From NCBI RefSeq assembly GCF_009914755.1, contig NC_060929.1: a stretch of 64,000 nucleotides of DNA; one strand, written 5' to 3'. The position numbers were made by a program, and so were the translations under genes. This DNA comes from the human T2T-CHM13v2.0 reference genome, Homo sapiens. The notes beneath the pieces were generated by a model, which saw only the letters and a program-made list of their open reading frames with translations, was not told where the DNA came from and searched no databases. Positions 36,298 to 49,708 of the stretch are shown one piece after another (positions within the stretch are counted from its first letter, which is position 1; each line of letters opens with the position of its first letter).

Positions 36298-39200
36298 AAA
36301 TTGTATCATCTTGGCAGGCCAGGACAGCAAAAGCTGGGATGAGCCCCCAGCCTTAGAGAAAATGTGTGCTCTTGGTAGGCAGGCCCTTCTCCAGATAGAA
36401 CGAGCATGGCAGTAAGCTGAGCTAGCCCACTTATTCACCCCAAATTTACCAATTAGGTAAGTCACTCCCCTATAGAGTACAGTGAGAAAGAGGGTCTGTC
36501 AAGTAGGAGTATTGTCTTTGTCTGAGAAAGTAGTTTTAGCATATCTGGGGTGGCTGAAGCCATACTGCAAAGGGTTAAACAGTGAATGGTGAAAAGGCAG
36601 AGACTGCAGAGTAGACAAGTCAAGAAGAATTGAAAGAAAGAAGGCTGGGAGCAGGGAATTTAAAAAAGGATTTTTTTAAAGGAAGAGGCCAACAAAATGT
36701 CAAAGGTGGAAAATGGAAGAGACAAAATAATTTACAGGGAGAGTCTAAACATAGTGATAGAGTCATGGACATAAGTGAATGTGGCCACCTCTTACTGAGA
36801 CATGAACAAAAGGGAAGGAAGAGAAGTTGAGTTCTTATCACAGGACCAATTCTGTAAAAAGAAGGATAGATCCTAAAGCTAAATCCAGAAAACAAAAAAT
36901 AAACTTGCAGACTGCCAAAGAGCTGGCTGTGCTACAGTCATGACAAAAACTCAGCAGAACCAAGACCCACTTGTAAATGTTTTATCAAACTGGGAAAATT
37001 ACAAGAAATATGTGATTTATTATTTCTAAGACTGCTTAGATTAGTATTGATATGTACATACTCTCCATATTATCCAAAATCATGCTTCATAACATCAGTT
37101 GATTTACATGCTCCTTTGTCCCTGGGAGCCCTAAGGAATAAAGTTTTTCATAAGAAACTTTGAGTGATTTAAGCTTGACTGGCTCTGTGCAATTTTTCAT
37201 TGCAATTCTGGCTACCATTCTACCATATGCCCCAAATCACAATGCAGTATAAAGTAAAATCAAACAGACCAAGGATTGGTGGGAAGATTCCTAGTCTACA
37301 AGTCTGGCTCCATACTTTTAACTGATGGAGACCGAAATGTCTGCACTGGAAATGTTTCTGTGTTTCCACTGATCTATTTTCATGCCATGGTTTCAACAGC
37401 TTCAGAAGTTCCAGTAAGAAAAGGCTTCTTCTGGTAAACAGATTCTTTTGAGTTAAAAAAAAAAAAAAGAGGGAAAAGCTTCGTATTTTTCAACAGTCCC
37501 CAAAGTTATATTCTTTATCAGGTTTTAAGGTTATGTTCCAAGTCTCCATTCCTCGGTGTGGTTTAGCTTTACAACCAGCTGCCCCCTCTTCACTAGCAGT
37601 TTTTGACGTCATCCAGGCTTTGCAAAATGTGTGCTACAGCCCCTACTCGGGCTTTTCAGCTGCTATGAAAGTTATACTGCATTTGGTTAAGTGTGGAGGC
37701 TGGCACCAGGGAGGATCCATGATGGTGATTATCATGCAAATCAGCCTCCTGCAAGTCAAGCTCCTCCGAGGAGGCCTTCCAGCTCTGCTTCCCCCAGGGC
37801 CGCTCCATTGTCCCCAGCACAAAGCTAACCATCTTGGCTGCCGACACTGGATGCCGCTGAGATTGGTTCTCCTGACAGAGATTAGTGGGCAGCAATGAAT
37901 CTTTCACTTGGGGTAGAAATATGATTTTATTTAAGAAAATAACCATACATAATTGGGCTTCTGTCACTTTAAATTTTAATGGTGAAAGTAATATGGAGGC
38001 TTCTGGAACCTTAAATTACGGCTTTCAGAAGCTTCACACTGAATCTTTCAATTATTCTCTGTAAGTACTTTCTCAAAGCATGTGCCACCATGACATTGAT
38101 ATCACAATTCAAATCTAAATTCAAAACTGACTGCAAGGCTATGAGCTATGTGCTGGCGTGCATGCTGCCTCATTTTATCTTTGAACATCTGACGAGGCGA
38201 ATCAAGAGGCACTCTCCCGGAGCCCAGCCAGCTGTTTGCCAAATATTCAAATGCTCTGACATGCAGAAGAGCCTTTCAGATTTCCCCACATCAAAATTAG
38301 CAACGACCCCCTATTTTTCCCATTAGCTTCTGGCTCACCTACATCCTTTCACGCAGGCCCGCCTGACTCACTCAGCTAAGTGCTTGCTCTTGCTCACCTC
38401 TCGGGTTCCCGACTCCAGCAATTGGATCTGGTGTGTGCTGCAGAATGGCAGCCAGTTCAGACAAAACCATGGGGGAGAGTTTTCAAGTCAGTGTTTCCTT
38501 GAAGTGGATCTGAAAGAGTGGCTGAGCTGATATTTGCAGTAGTAGGAAGGCAGAGAGCAAAGACAGCATGCAGGTTTTACTTACAATACATTCATTAGGC
38601 TGGAGCAAAAAATGGAATTGGAAAGACAATAGCCAGGGGAAAGTGAAAAGGCTTTCCTTTTCCTTTTATTTTGGTGTTAACTTCCTTGTTATATATCCAT
38701 TTTATCATTTTTAATATTTTTATCTTCATATTAAAACAAGTGGAAAGGAATCTTTTTCATAGGTCTAGCTTTAGACTGCTTCAACTATTTTTAAATGTGT
38801 CCCCTACCTCAGTAAACACAGCACCACATTTACAACTGTAAATAACTAATCCAGTTGCACATTGGTTAATCTACAATGAAAAACAACCCTTCTTTCACAT
38901 TTCAAAGGTCCTGGAACAATTTTCCTCAGCTGGATGACTTAGAACAGAGGCTGTGGACAGCACCTGGGGAGTTTAGAATGGGAAAGGGACTAAGGTGCCA
39001 AGTGGTGAAGACAACAGCCCCTACCCCAGCGGCTGGCAAAATTTCCTGAAGCTGGACATCAAAACCCGGGCCAGCTGGGTGAGGGGTTCCTTCATTCCTT
39101 CCGGAAAAGCTGGGTCTTTACTTGCTCATTTCCTATGATGTGTTTATACTTGGACAGAAGGGGCACAGCAGGAATGCTTTCAGGGCACATTTAGGGGGAA

Positions 39201-40214
39201 GCCACTCTCACAGGAATCATGAATGCCAGATGTCAAACAAACCTGTGCTGCTGAGAATTCTCTGAGCAGGATGCAAGGGGCACCACATCACGTCTGAGGA
39301 AACTGCTGTCCTGATCCGGGGCCTCTCCTTAGCTACAGGCAAAGGCAGGTAGAAATCCTTTCATTTTAATAATAATAAAAAAGGAAGCTGCTAGTGTGAG
39401 CATAAAATTACCTAAGAACTAGATAGGCTGATGGCATTCCAGTTCTGCCAGTAAAGTCTATTCATTCTCTCAATTCAAATCAGCATAAGGCAAGTAACTT
39501 GCCTCTGGGAACCATGGGTGGCAGAGGCAGGAGGCCCACACGTGGAATGGCCATAAAACAGACATCAGTCAACAGCCTTACCCCAGCATTATTTCCTGAA
39601 TACAGACTCAAACATTGCTTTGCACTGAGATCAGGATTATGGTGCCCAAGTAGGCACTCTTGTAAGTCACTGACCATGGACAGAGAAAATTTTAAAAATC
39701 CATATTGATTTCCAAGTCCAAAGTAGTACAATTACAAATCTTGTCTAACTTTAACACCGACGGCTTATGGAGTGTTTCAAATACAAAACAGTTCTACATA
39801 AATCATTCACTCAAACATTTACCGTGCTCCTATTATATGCCAAGTACTATACTTTCATGAGTCAGCATTGGTTAAATAATAATCTTAATACTACTAGATT
39901 TCTCTGCAAAATTTAGCACTGTGGCTCACCCCTCCATCTTAAAGGCCTTCACTTCTGTAAAATTATCGTCTCTTAGGAAGGTCTGCCTCTCAGACTACTC
40001 TGTCTTTACTAATTCCTCTTCCATGGTCCTCATTTCATTAAACCCACAAGGATTGAGGAGCAGTATAGCAAAATCACCTGGGGGACATATTTTTCACACT
40101 GCACAGATCCCCTCCACTCCCATTTGAGAATCATTACATATGTGAACCCCTCACTATTGCTAGCTGGAGTAAGTTATTTCTCTTAAGAGTCTGGGGATGA
40201 AAAAAACAAAAGCT

Positions 40215-42010
40215 GAAGATCTCTGTACCAAATACTTTCTCTAGATGATATCATCTACTCTCATGACTTCAACTACATGCCAACTACACACTGATGACTT
40301 CAAAAATAATAAAGCCCAGACCCACGTCCAAATGCCTAGCACACCTGTTTTCAAATGACCTACCATCACAAACTCTACAAGTACATTATATTATATTTTC
40401 TAATATATATAATTTTATAATTTATATCAAATTAAATCATAAATTATATAATTTATATTTTTCTCTCCTTTTTCTTAATAGTATTAGTATTTACTATATG
40501 ATCAAGGTAACTAGCCATATTTATACTCCTTCTTCTCCTTCACACTTCCCATTCTCACCCCACATAGATCAAATCTGTCACCAGGTCCTTTCTCTTCTTC
40601 CTCAAGAACACATTTCAAGTGTATCTACCTACCATTTACTATATCCCACTTGGACCTCTGCATTAGCCTCCTCAATCCTCCCTACCACCAGCCTCTGCAC
40701 TTCAGACTATTCTCCACATGCTTCTGATTCCTACTGATTAAAGCAGGAAATCCTTGAATGCATTCCTCATAATATACAAGATGATTTCTGATAGCAAACA
40801 GACCAACTTCTTAAATATTCATATTTTAATAGGTTTCAAAAAACAGAATTAACACATCAAACTGGGTGTCAAGTTAAAAGTTTGCTTTAAAAATAAATTT
40901 CAGTATAAAACTCGGGCAATTTAAAGAAAAATTAATCTATTCAGGTAGTGTGAGATGTTTTAAAAAAGATAAAAGCAGTACATGAATCAATGATGTTGGG
41001 AAGCTTGGTACTAGAAAGTAGGTCTAAACTCCTTAATATGGTATCAGATATCTTAAACTCCTTAACATTCTCTCCATTTTTAGCTTCTCCCTCTCCTACA
41101 TTTCCTGTACGCTACATATAAATTCTGTGTATCAGCTTTGCTGAAAAACAAAACACCCTAAATTTACTAGCTAAAACAACATTTTATTTAGTTCATACGT
41201 CTGTGAATGGGCTGGGCAGTTAGTTCCGTCCGAGCTGACACCCCAGAGAGATCAGGGGAAATCTGGGCTGACAAATGATTTCCCCTGGACACTCCCATGT
41301 GTTTGTGATCAAATGGTGGATCAGCTGGTAGTAGATGATCTCACTCGCATGTTTAGCAGTTCGATGACTGCTGGCAAGAGCCTCGGTTCTTTTCTGGGTG
41401 ACCACTCATCCTGCAGCACAATAACCTGGGCTCATTGACAATACAGTCACAGGGTTCCAAGTGCAGAAGCCCCAGTGCATGAGTCTCTGCACTGTTTGCT
41501 AATATCCACTGGTCAAAGCAAGTCATATGATCAACCTAGATTCAGTAGAGAAAGAGAGACTCCACCTCTTAATGGATGGATCTGCAATGTCACTTTGCCA
41601 GGAGTTAGAAGCAGGAAAGGGAAATTGGTGACTGTTTTTACAATCAACCAACTCTTACCATCCATCAAATATGCCAGGCATATTCACACACATGCTCATG
41701 CTGTTCCCATCACTTAAAACGAACTCTCAACTTCCTCCTGTCCTTCTGGGAAATTCTTATTGCTTGTCCTTCAAGGCTCTGATCAAATATAGCATTCCCT
41801 GACACCTTCCCTCAAGGCATAATTAATTATTCCCTCATACGTTCCCATGATCCCTTGCATTGCCTCTATTATATCATTCAGTGAATTGTATTATAGTTAT
41901 TTATAATGTCTTATAAAGTCTCTCTCCTTAAATAGACTGTCTTTGTACCACCAGCATCTAGCACAATGTCTGGCAAAGAACAGGCATTCAATAAACGTTC
42001 AATAAATTAA
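40215..42010 (+). mobile_element. Fragmented L2 with nested insertions
   Basis: 'atcatctactctcatgacttcaactac...gatgacttcaaaa'; 3' end 'ctagcacaatgtctggcaaagaacaggcattcaataaacgtt'; interrupted by the MLT1 LTR and an AT-rich segment. Confidence 0.7.
41126..41651 (-). mobile_element. Old MLT1 (MLT1J/K-like) LTR
   Basis: 'aaacaccctaaatttactagctaaaacaacattttatttagttcat...ccactggtcaaagcaagtcatatg...gactccacctcttaatgg'. Confidence 0.75.
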
Positions 42011-42132
42011 ATTAAATTTAAAACAAAGATTAAAGTCTCCCTGGGATATGCCTACATTAAAAAAGATTTAAGGTACAAATACAAAACTGGCCTCATGAGT
42101 TAGCAGAACTAATTAGATCCATCTCACCTAAT

Positions 42133-42435
<303 letters not shown>

Positions 42436-42574
42436 CACCTCATCTCATTTGAAGGGCACCAGGCAGGGCAATGCTCCTTGCCAAAAGCATTTTTTCCTGT
42501 GGGACTGGCACAAAGCCTGAACTTCTAGCATAATTTATTCAAGGTCTGAACATGTTTTGATGTAATACAAACAA

Positions 42575-42745
42575 CATAGGCTCTGGAGTCAAAAATACTA
42601 CTAGGACTCAAAACCTAACTACCTGTGTGATACTGACAATTCATTTTGTGCATATCTCTGCACTACTTTTTTCATCCATACAATTATCTGTGTTGCAGTA
42701 ACACATGTAAAGCAGCTAGCACAGTACCTGCCATACACCCAACAC
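42575..42745 (+). mobile_element. MIR SINE remnant
   Basis: 'ataggctctggagtcaaaa...actacctgtgtga...catgtaaagcagctagcacagtacctg'. Confidence 0.65.
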
Positions 42746-45700
42746 TCATATCAAATCACAAAGTCTCCTGTTTAAAAAGCAAATGCCCCTGGCAGGGGGT
42801 AACCACAAGCCCTTTTTATTGCCATCTGAGAAGAGTGGGAAAAAGGTAAAAGGAAGAAGAGTGGGAAAGTAAAGAGTGGCAGATAAACAACTTCGCAGTT
42901 TTACTGAGAGCTGGGCTTGTGGCTAGTGATGAAAGTTACATCAGTTTTTAGAGATCCAACCAAGTAATAAAAGTTCCCCCCCTCCCGCCAAGGCATATAA
43001 TGACCATTTCTGGTAGTACAGGACTTGGGAACTGCATAATTTAGGACTTTGGGACTTGCATAATTTTTCTGGGCATCGATATGGAATCACCATTTATAAG
43101 TATACCTAGACAAGACTACTGAAGAGTTAGTTAAGGAAGAAACAGTTATTTAAATGTTACTCTGATCTTTTTCATGTATAATCTCTTGCCCTTGTCCTTC
43201 ATTTAAAAGGGGCAACTGTAATGGTAGTAAACAAATTTCCTCCTTACCTAAGGATACAATTTTTTTAAGTGAAAAAAATTTAAAGAACACTACAAAACAC
43301 ACAATTATAAACTTTATATCGCTTCTAAAGGAAATATTGCCATTGAAATCAAAATAAAATGAGTTTTAGACACACTTATATCCTGTTTCAAAGTAAAGCC
43401 AAGTTTTAATAAAATGTTTAATTTTCCAAAATCCAAGCAAGAACTCCTATGAGAAGTCCCTACAGTTGTCCCTCCTGAGGCTGTTCTCACATCTCAGTGA
43501 CAACCCTGAAACACTTCTGCACTTCGGGAGCACTAAACCAATCTACTTTTGTTGACATCTAACCCTGTAAATGAAACTCCACTGTTACCCATGATCTTTC
43601 ACCCCAGCTACATTGTAAACTTCCTGTTACCCAAGATTCTGTTTTCTGTATTTTCCTAGTCCACCTGTCCCTACTCTCAGCACCCAGATTTGTACTCAAT
43701 AATTGTTAATTCATGGCTGACAAGGAAATGTATAAATACCACTTGCTGACAGTAAATTCTTTGGTCTGTTCAAGTTCAGACCAAGACCTCTAGAGATCCT
43801 AAAGACTGAAATGACTATGGTGCCCCACATTCACATGTAAATTAAAAAAATACTAAACCATAAAGGACAAAATGTACACGTATGTTTTTAAATTAAAATA
43901 GTTTCTGATGGCAAAATTCTAGGTAAGTTCATCAAAGGCTGAACTCTTCTTCATTCTTTTCCCTCCCCATTATGAGAGCATACATGTGTATGTGAAAGAG
44001 AGAGAAAGAGAGAGAGAGAGAGGTGAGGGGAGAGGGAGCGAGGGAGGATGAATCTGTCTGTGACTTCCAGCACTGTCTGCTATAGGGTAGTCCAATTCTG
44101 GGTCCACTTCATAAACTATATCAAAATGCTAAATATAGTTATGGATGCTATACAGTATAGAATGAGCAATCAAATAATTGCCTAAATCCATATTCATATT
44201 TGCTGTTCTCTTGTTAAGTATCCAAATTCTATTTCAGGTTTGTAGTAAGAGAGCTTAACATAATATAAATAGAAGCAATGTAATATATTATTTCACCTGC
44301 TCTTACAATTGTATTGTGGTTGTGTGTGGAAAAGGAGGTACAGCAAATGATTGTCAGCAAATCACTCACAAAAATGTGAGAACTTCAAGTTCTTTGCACT
44401 TTATTTCATTAGACACCAATATTTGATAAAAGCAACAAGCACCAAATTATATTAATATAAACCTTCCATAAATAATGTTCACAGCAGTCACAAAGTTTAA
44501 AATACAGATGCTAATTACAGTGCCAAATCAAAACTACAATATTTCAATTAAAACTATTTTCACTTGTAATGTGATTATCTTATTCATAGTAACAGGTATT
44601 AATATTTCTATTAAACCTGAATAGGTTGTGCTTAGCCATAATTGTTCCAATGGATCTGTTTCCAGTTTTGTATTTTAAAATCCAAGTGTATTCCATAGAG
44701 TTAAATAGTTTATTCTGATGTACCCAGGTAGACTTTTGTCTTATAATAGAAAATGTTTGGATATCTAGGGAAATGGCATCAGAAAAATCAGGAAATGCTT
44801 GTGATTGTACAGGTACTTCACTTCTGATTATATAAGTACTTTAAAAACAGTAAAAATTTTAAACCCTATACTTGCATTGAAGTACAGCTAGAATGCAAAT
44901 TTAGTAATAAAACTGAATAATTTAGTAGCTTGTTTTGTGATCAGATCTGATTGGTACTCTCTAAGACGTATCCAATTTTTAAAAATTCTCTCTGTGGCTT
45001 TGAACTGGGGTGGATGCATATTATGTCCATTAAATTGGAAGCCAAGGGTTACTTGAACAAATAATATTATGGCTTTGTAGAATGACTAATGGTCTTTGCA
45101 AAGGCCCAGACTGGCTTCATCTTTCTTAAGATTTTATCACTGATTTGTTCTTAGTCATGTGCAGTCACTAAAGGCAGCAGAGGCAACAAGTGTTTGATGT
45201 ATGATACTTGAGCCACTTTTGTCAGAGCTGCATTTATTTTTATGCTATACTCATTCTTGGTACTCTTATATGTATGTGGTTCTTTTACTTTATTTTTTTT
45301 CTTGTTTCCAGTGATGGGTCAAACAGATACAGCAATTATAATAACACTAACCTCTAAAACTCTACGAAATAACAAATATCTACTTCCTTGCAAGGGATGA
45401 CTTTACATTGCAGATTAAATAAATGACCACAGAAGCAAGCATCCTAATATAAGAGTTTAACTCTTTGTTCACTGCCATATTTGCACAGCTTACAAAATAT
45501 CCCTTACCTTTTAGCATATATTATCAATTTCAATTCAATCCATCCTGTGACAATCTGCAGCAAGTCACAGAAGTGCTCTTCTAGTTGAAAGGAAATTTCA
45601 AGGGAGGAGGGATGTGGAAAAACACATTTAATTTATTCTATTGAAAGGGGACATTCTAAATGGTTTCTGAGCTCTTTTGCATCTTCTTACACACTGCAAA

Positions 45701-46949
45701 TCAGCTCAGATATCTTAATCAGTGGCTATAAACATATCCTTATCAGTAACATATTCATGAAAGATGGTATGTGTATGAGCTGCAAAATGTTTGGCAGAGA
45801 CCCAAGAATACAAAAGAAAGAATATGGTAAAGAATTGATGGAATATCTTTGTGTTTCAACCCTATTCATTCTGGGAATTTTCTATCATCTCTGTTCCATT
45901 TGGAAGGATAATAGACAAACCAACAGAATGTCAGGTTTCTGTGACTTGGTTTCATCTATATACAGTTACACATATTGTACAATGATCCAGGATGGAAGCA
46001 TATCTGTACACAATGATGAATATAAGTACATAATATATACCTTCTTGTGTCTCTAAATTTTTCTATTCATGTTATTATCTTATGCAGAGTTTAGTGCTTT
46101 TCTGTTTTGACAATCTAAGCACTGTCTAAACATTGTTTCATGAAATCAAGAGTAGTCCTCGACAATTAATTTTTGCAGTCAATGGTCTTCTCAAAATGGG
46201 CAACTCCCCTTGGAACTTAGGAGCCACAATAGCAGACTGTGTGAGTGAGGGAGTGAGACAATTCATTAGTCGATTCTGCAGCAACTCAAAGTGGCGGGGG
46301 ATGTCAGCCCCTGCTCTGGTGCTTCAATACTAATGAGAGTTATTGCATATTCATAACCCCAAATACAGTCAGCTTCTTGTAAAAACTTTTGTCACCCAGG
46401 CTTCATGGCAAGAGCGAAGCACTGCACTCTTCGTGTCGTGGCACTTCCGCCAAGTGAGAGTGAGAGCAAGATTGATTGCTTTGCAACGCTGCCTGACGGG
46501 GAACTAAAAGATGCTGCCCCAAGGGTCCTAAAACTGCTTAGTTTGATTGCAAAGCTCCAAATAATCAAAGAAACAAAAAGGAGGCATTGGTGGTGAATGT
46601 GTATGTCGATATATACATATACACCATTAAAAATATATCAAAAAATACTCCAAACAAGAAATTTGGCTTATTCAGTATTCAGAGTAATTATCTGTTAGGA
46701 ATGTAAAATTCTCACATCAATTCTTATTATGCCGAAAGAAGAATGGTGTGGCCCAGTAAACTTGTTCTCATGTTGCAGAAATGCCATGCATATCTTAATA
46801 GAAACAGGTTTCTAAAACTGTCTGAAGTTTCCCGTCATTATCAATACCAAAGCTTAGTGAACTGAACCTGTCAGTTCTGCCAAATCTAGAGCTACCTGGA
46901 ATCCAATTCCTCAGGAGCCTTTTTGTGTTGTCACTGTCTCCCTTGCTTT

Positions 46950-46981
<32 letters not shown>
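46950..46981 (+). repeat. (ATC)10 trinucleotide repeat
   Basis: atcatcatc... uninterrupted. Confidence 0.95.
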
Positions 46982-49584
46982 GGTGAGTGTCCAGAAATGA
47001 GCCATCCAGTGTGCCTGCCAGGAAATCCTAAGGGGTCAGCACTATACCATCTGACCCCAAAATACCTCTGTTTGGGGTAGCTACCAGCATCCCCTGGAGT
47101 CAGAGAAGGGAAATGTATGTTTCAGCACCCACTTTGAAAAAGCCTTGAGCATTTTTTCACTCGTAATGATGTCTTCAGCTGGAATGCCAGCACAGTTACA
47201 CATTTTTCTGACAGCCATACAGGCTATAAACTACCCATAAAAATTAAATAAAACAGGACAGTGAAAGAAAACTTTCTAAATTTGATCACACTTGAGTTGT
47301 TAAAAGTTATTTCCAGATGCATAATGTGTATAAATATCTGCATAGCTAAAGACAAATCAGGACTACTGAGATGATGGTGGGGGGGAGATGATGAGGTGTT
47401 GTGGGGGATGGGTCTCACCAAACTGTTTTATATCTTAGTCACAGACACACAAGCTTTGAAAATAGACGGATTTGTGTTTATGATTGATTGAGGTAACTGA
47501 TTATCCACAGATATTTTAAGTGTTGAGACATTAAATTGTCAGCTCTATCAGTTTGATTGCAGTAAAACATGAAAACATTGACTTTTGTCTAGTTAGAGAA
47601 ATTTATTTTTCCCAGAATGACAATCCTTTAAGTAGACACCAGGCAGCTTGCCAGATTTCCATGTCATACACTGAAGTTTGCAAATGCAACCCATATTTTC
47701 AAGTGTTTTTCAAGGTGCAATGAATGGTGCATAGGTCTTTTGCAAATAGTCTTGTAATAAACAGAATCCTGCAGTATGTTTCATTCCGTAAACCCAAGAA
47801 AAGTATTTACTCATTTTGAAGACGAAAAACACATTGTAGCTTTGTATTCATGGAGTACATGTTACCAGTGCTCTTCACTTACTTAAAGTATCTCTCAAAA
47901 ATAAAATAACCCTCTTTGGACCACCACACTGTAAATGAGTTTGATTAATATGTTTTATAAGCCTGAAATAAATGCTCATCATAACTGTCAGTGAGCTGAC
48001 AGCTTTCAAAAGTCTTTGTTCCCAGAATGAGTAATTTTTCTGATCTTCTTTAAAATACCGGTCTAAAAGGAAGATGTTAAAATCAAGTACATTCTACCAA
48101 AATTTGATTGCTGTTAAAGCAGCCTTGTATTCTGACTCCCTGCATAGACTATATGCATGTATACTACTTGACAAAATAAAAATACCACATCTTATTTATT
48201 ATTATTGCTTGTCAGAACACCTGTGCTTTTCATTGGGCAGAACTGTGGTTCAGTGTTTAAGACCTAGTCCATTATAAGAATAAAAAATGTCAGATGTTAT
48301 ATATAGTCAATTCTTTTAGTAAAAATTGACCAGGAAATCATCACTAGACCCGATGATTTCAATGAAAACACCAGTCAAAAATCAGATGTGGTCATTAATT
48401 CTACTGAAACACCAACATCTCTATATTTGCTGCATATTTTCCAAGTACTTACCATGATCATTAAAATACAGAATGTTCCAAAGACCAGGGGACACCATTG
48501 AGCCCTCCATGTCTGAATTCTGCAGACAGCAGTAGATAATACCTGATGCTAGGAAAGGAACACATAGAGGGTACCTAAGTAGCTGAGCAAGGCTACACCA
48601 ACTAGAACAACAAACACTTCTTCCTGACTCCTTTAGCCAATCACTTGTGTCCTGGAGCATTGGGTTTGGTTACCCTTCTTACCATATCTCAGAGAGTAAA
48701 ATAACTATTTTAAATGGTCATTAAATTATCCATTCCCCTATTTCTCCATTCCAACTACTGCTGATGCGTCATAGCTGTTCCCTGGCAGAACTTCACAAAG
48801 CACCCTGCCTGTACGCTGCCTACAATTATAGCTTCTTTTGTCAGCATGTTTTCCTCCTTAATTCGGTACTACCTGCTCTCATACCATGCCCACAAAGGTT
48901 GAAGTTACAGATTTTCCCATATCTTTTTGTGTAATTTCTATTTTTCCTAATCTTTAAGAAAGGCTTATTTTATAACAGTATATCACATTTGTCCATTAGA
49001 AGTCATTTTTCATTTTATTATTTTCCAAATAGCCAAGAAACCACAGGTTTTATACATGCTATCACTGGCACATTGTGAGCATTACTGCTCTTCTTGTTCA
49101 TTTTGATATATGCATTATTCAACTTTTAGTAAAGTATATTTTCATGCTTCTCCTATGCCATGACCACCCCTTATAATTTCTGATACATTGTGGCAGTTTT
49201 GAAAACAAAGTTCTCTCGTATCTTATAGACTAATTTCCCCACTTTTGTTATACCTTATCTCTTAGTGAGATATAAAGTTTTAGTATTTCGCACATGAATT
49301 AGGTCAAAAGATAATTTATTTTCTTCTTCGTTGTTGGGTTTTTTCCTTTAAGGAAACTAGAATTCCCTTGTAGCCAGCCTAAAACAATCTATATGCTATT
49401 TACATGCCCATGATAATCCCATAATTCCAGTAGTTCCACATTGTTTTCTAGACCTTCAAATTCTGTTCTTCTCAAAGTACTACACTGACTGGAGATTATG
49501 TTGTTAACTCTAAGAAACAAAGAAATGATACCTGGCTCAGGCAGGGTTCCTCTCTTTTGACGTAATGAATGCTATCTCCAAGTA

Positions 49585-49708
49585 CAGTCATACATTGCTT
49601 AACAACAGGGATATGTTCTGAGAAATGCATTGTCAGGCAATTTCATCATTATGTGAACATCACAGGATGGACTTATACAAACCTATGACATTATGTAGCA
49701 CATGACTG
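49585..49708. mobile_element. Internally deleted Tigger3-family (TcMar) element with both termini
   Basis: TA|cagtcata...catgactg|TA; interior 'cttaacaacagggatatgttctgagaaatgcattgtcaggcaatttcatc'. Confidence 0.8.

Noticed and set aside
35981-36465. ORFs of 93-130 aa (also 4488-4703, 34562-34762, 42187-42520)
   Set aside because: Typical Alu-derived spurious translations
37533-37898. 121-aa ORF as a protein-coding gene
   Set aside because: No recognisable domain or clear exon boundaries; GC-rich composition explains the openness; kept only as a regulatory candidate
40294-40737. 147-aa ORF
   Set aside because: Runs through an L2 remnant and AT-rich low-complexity DNA
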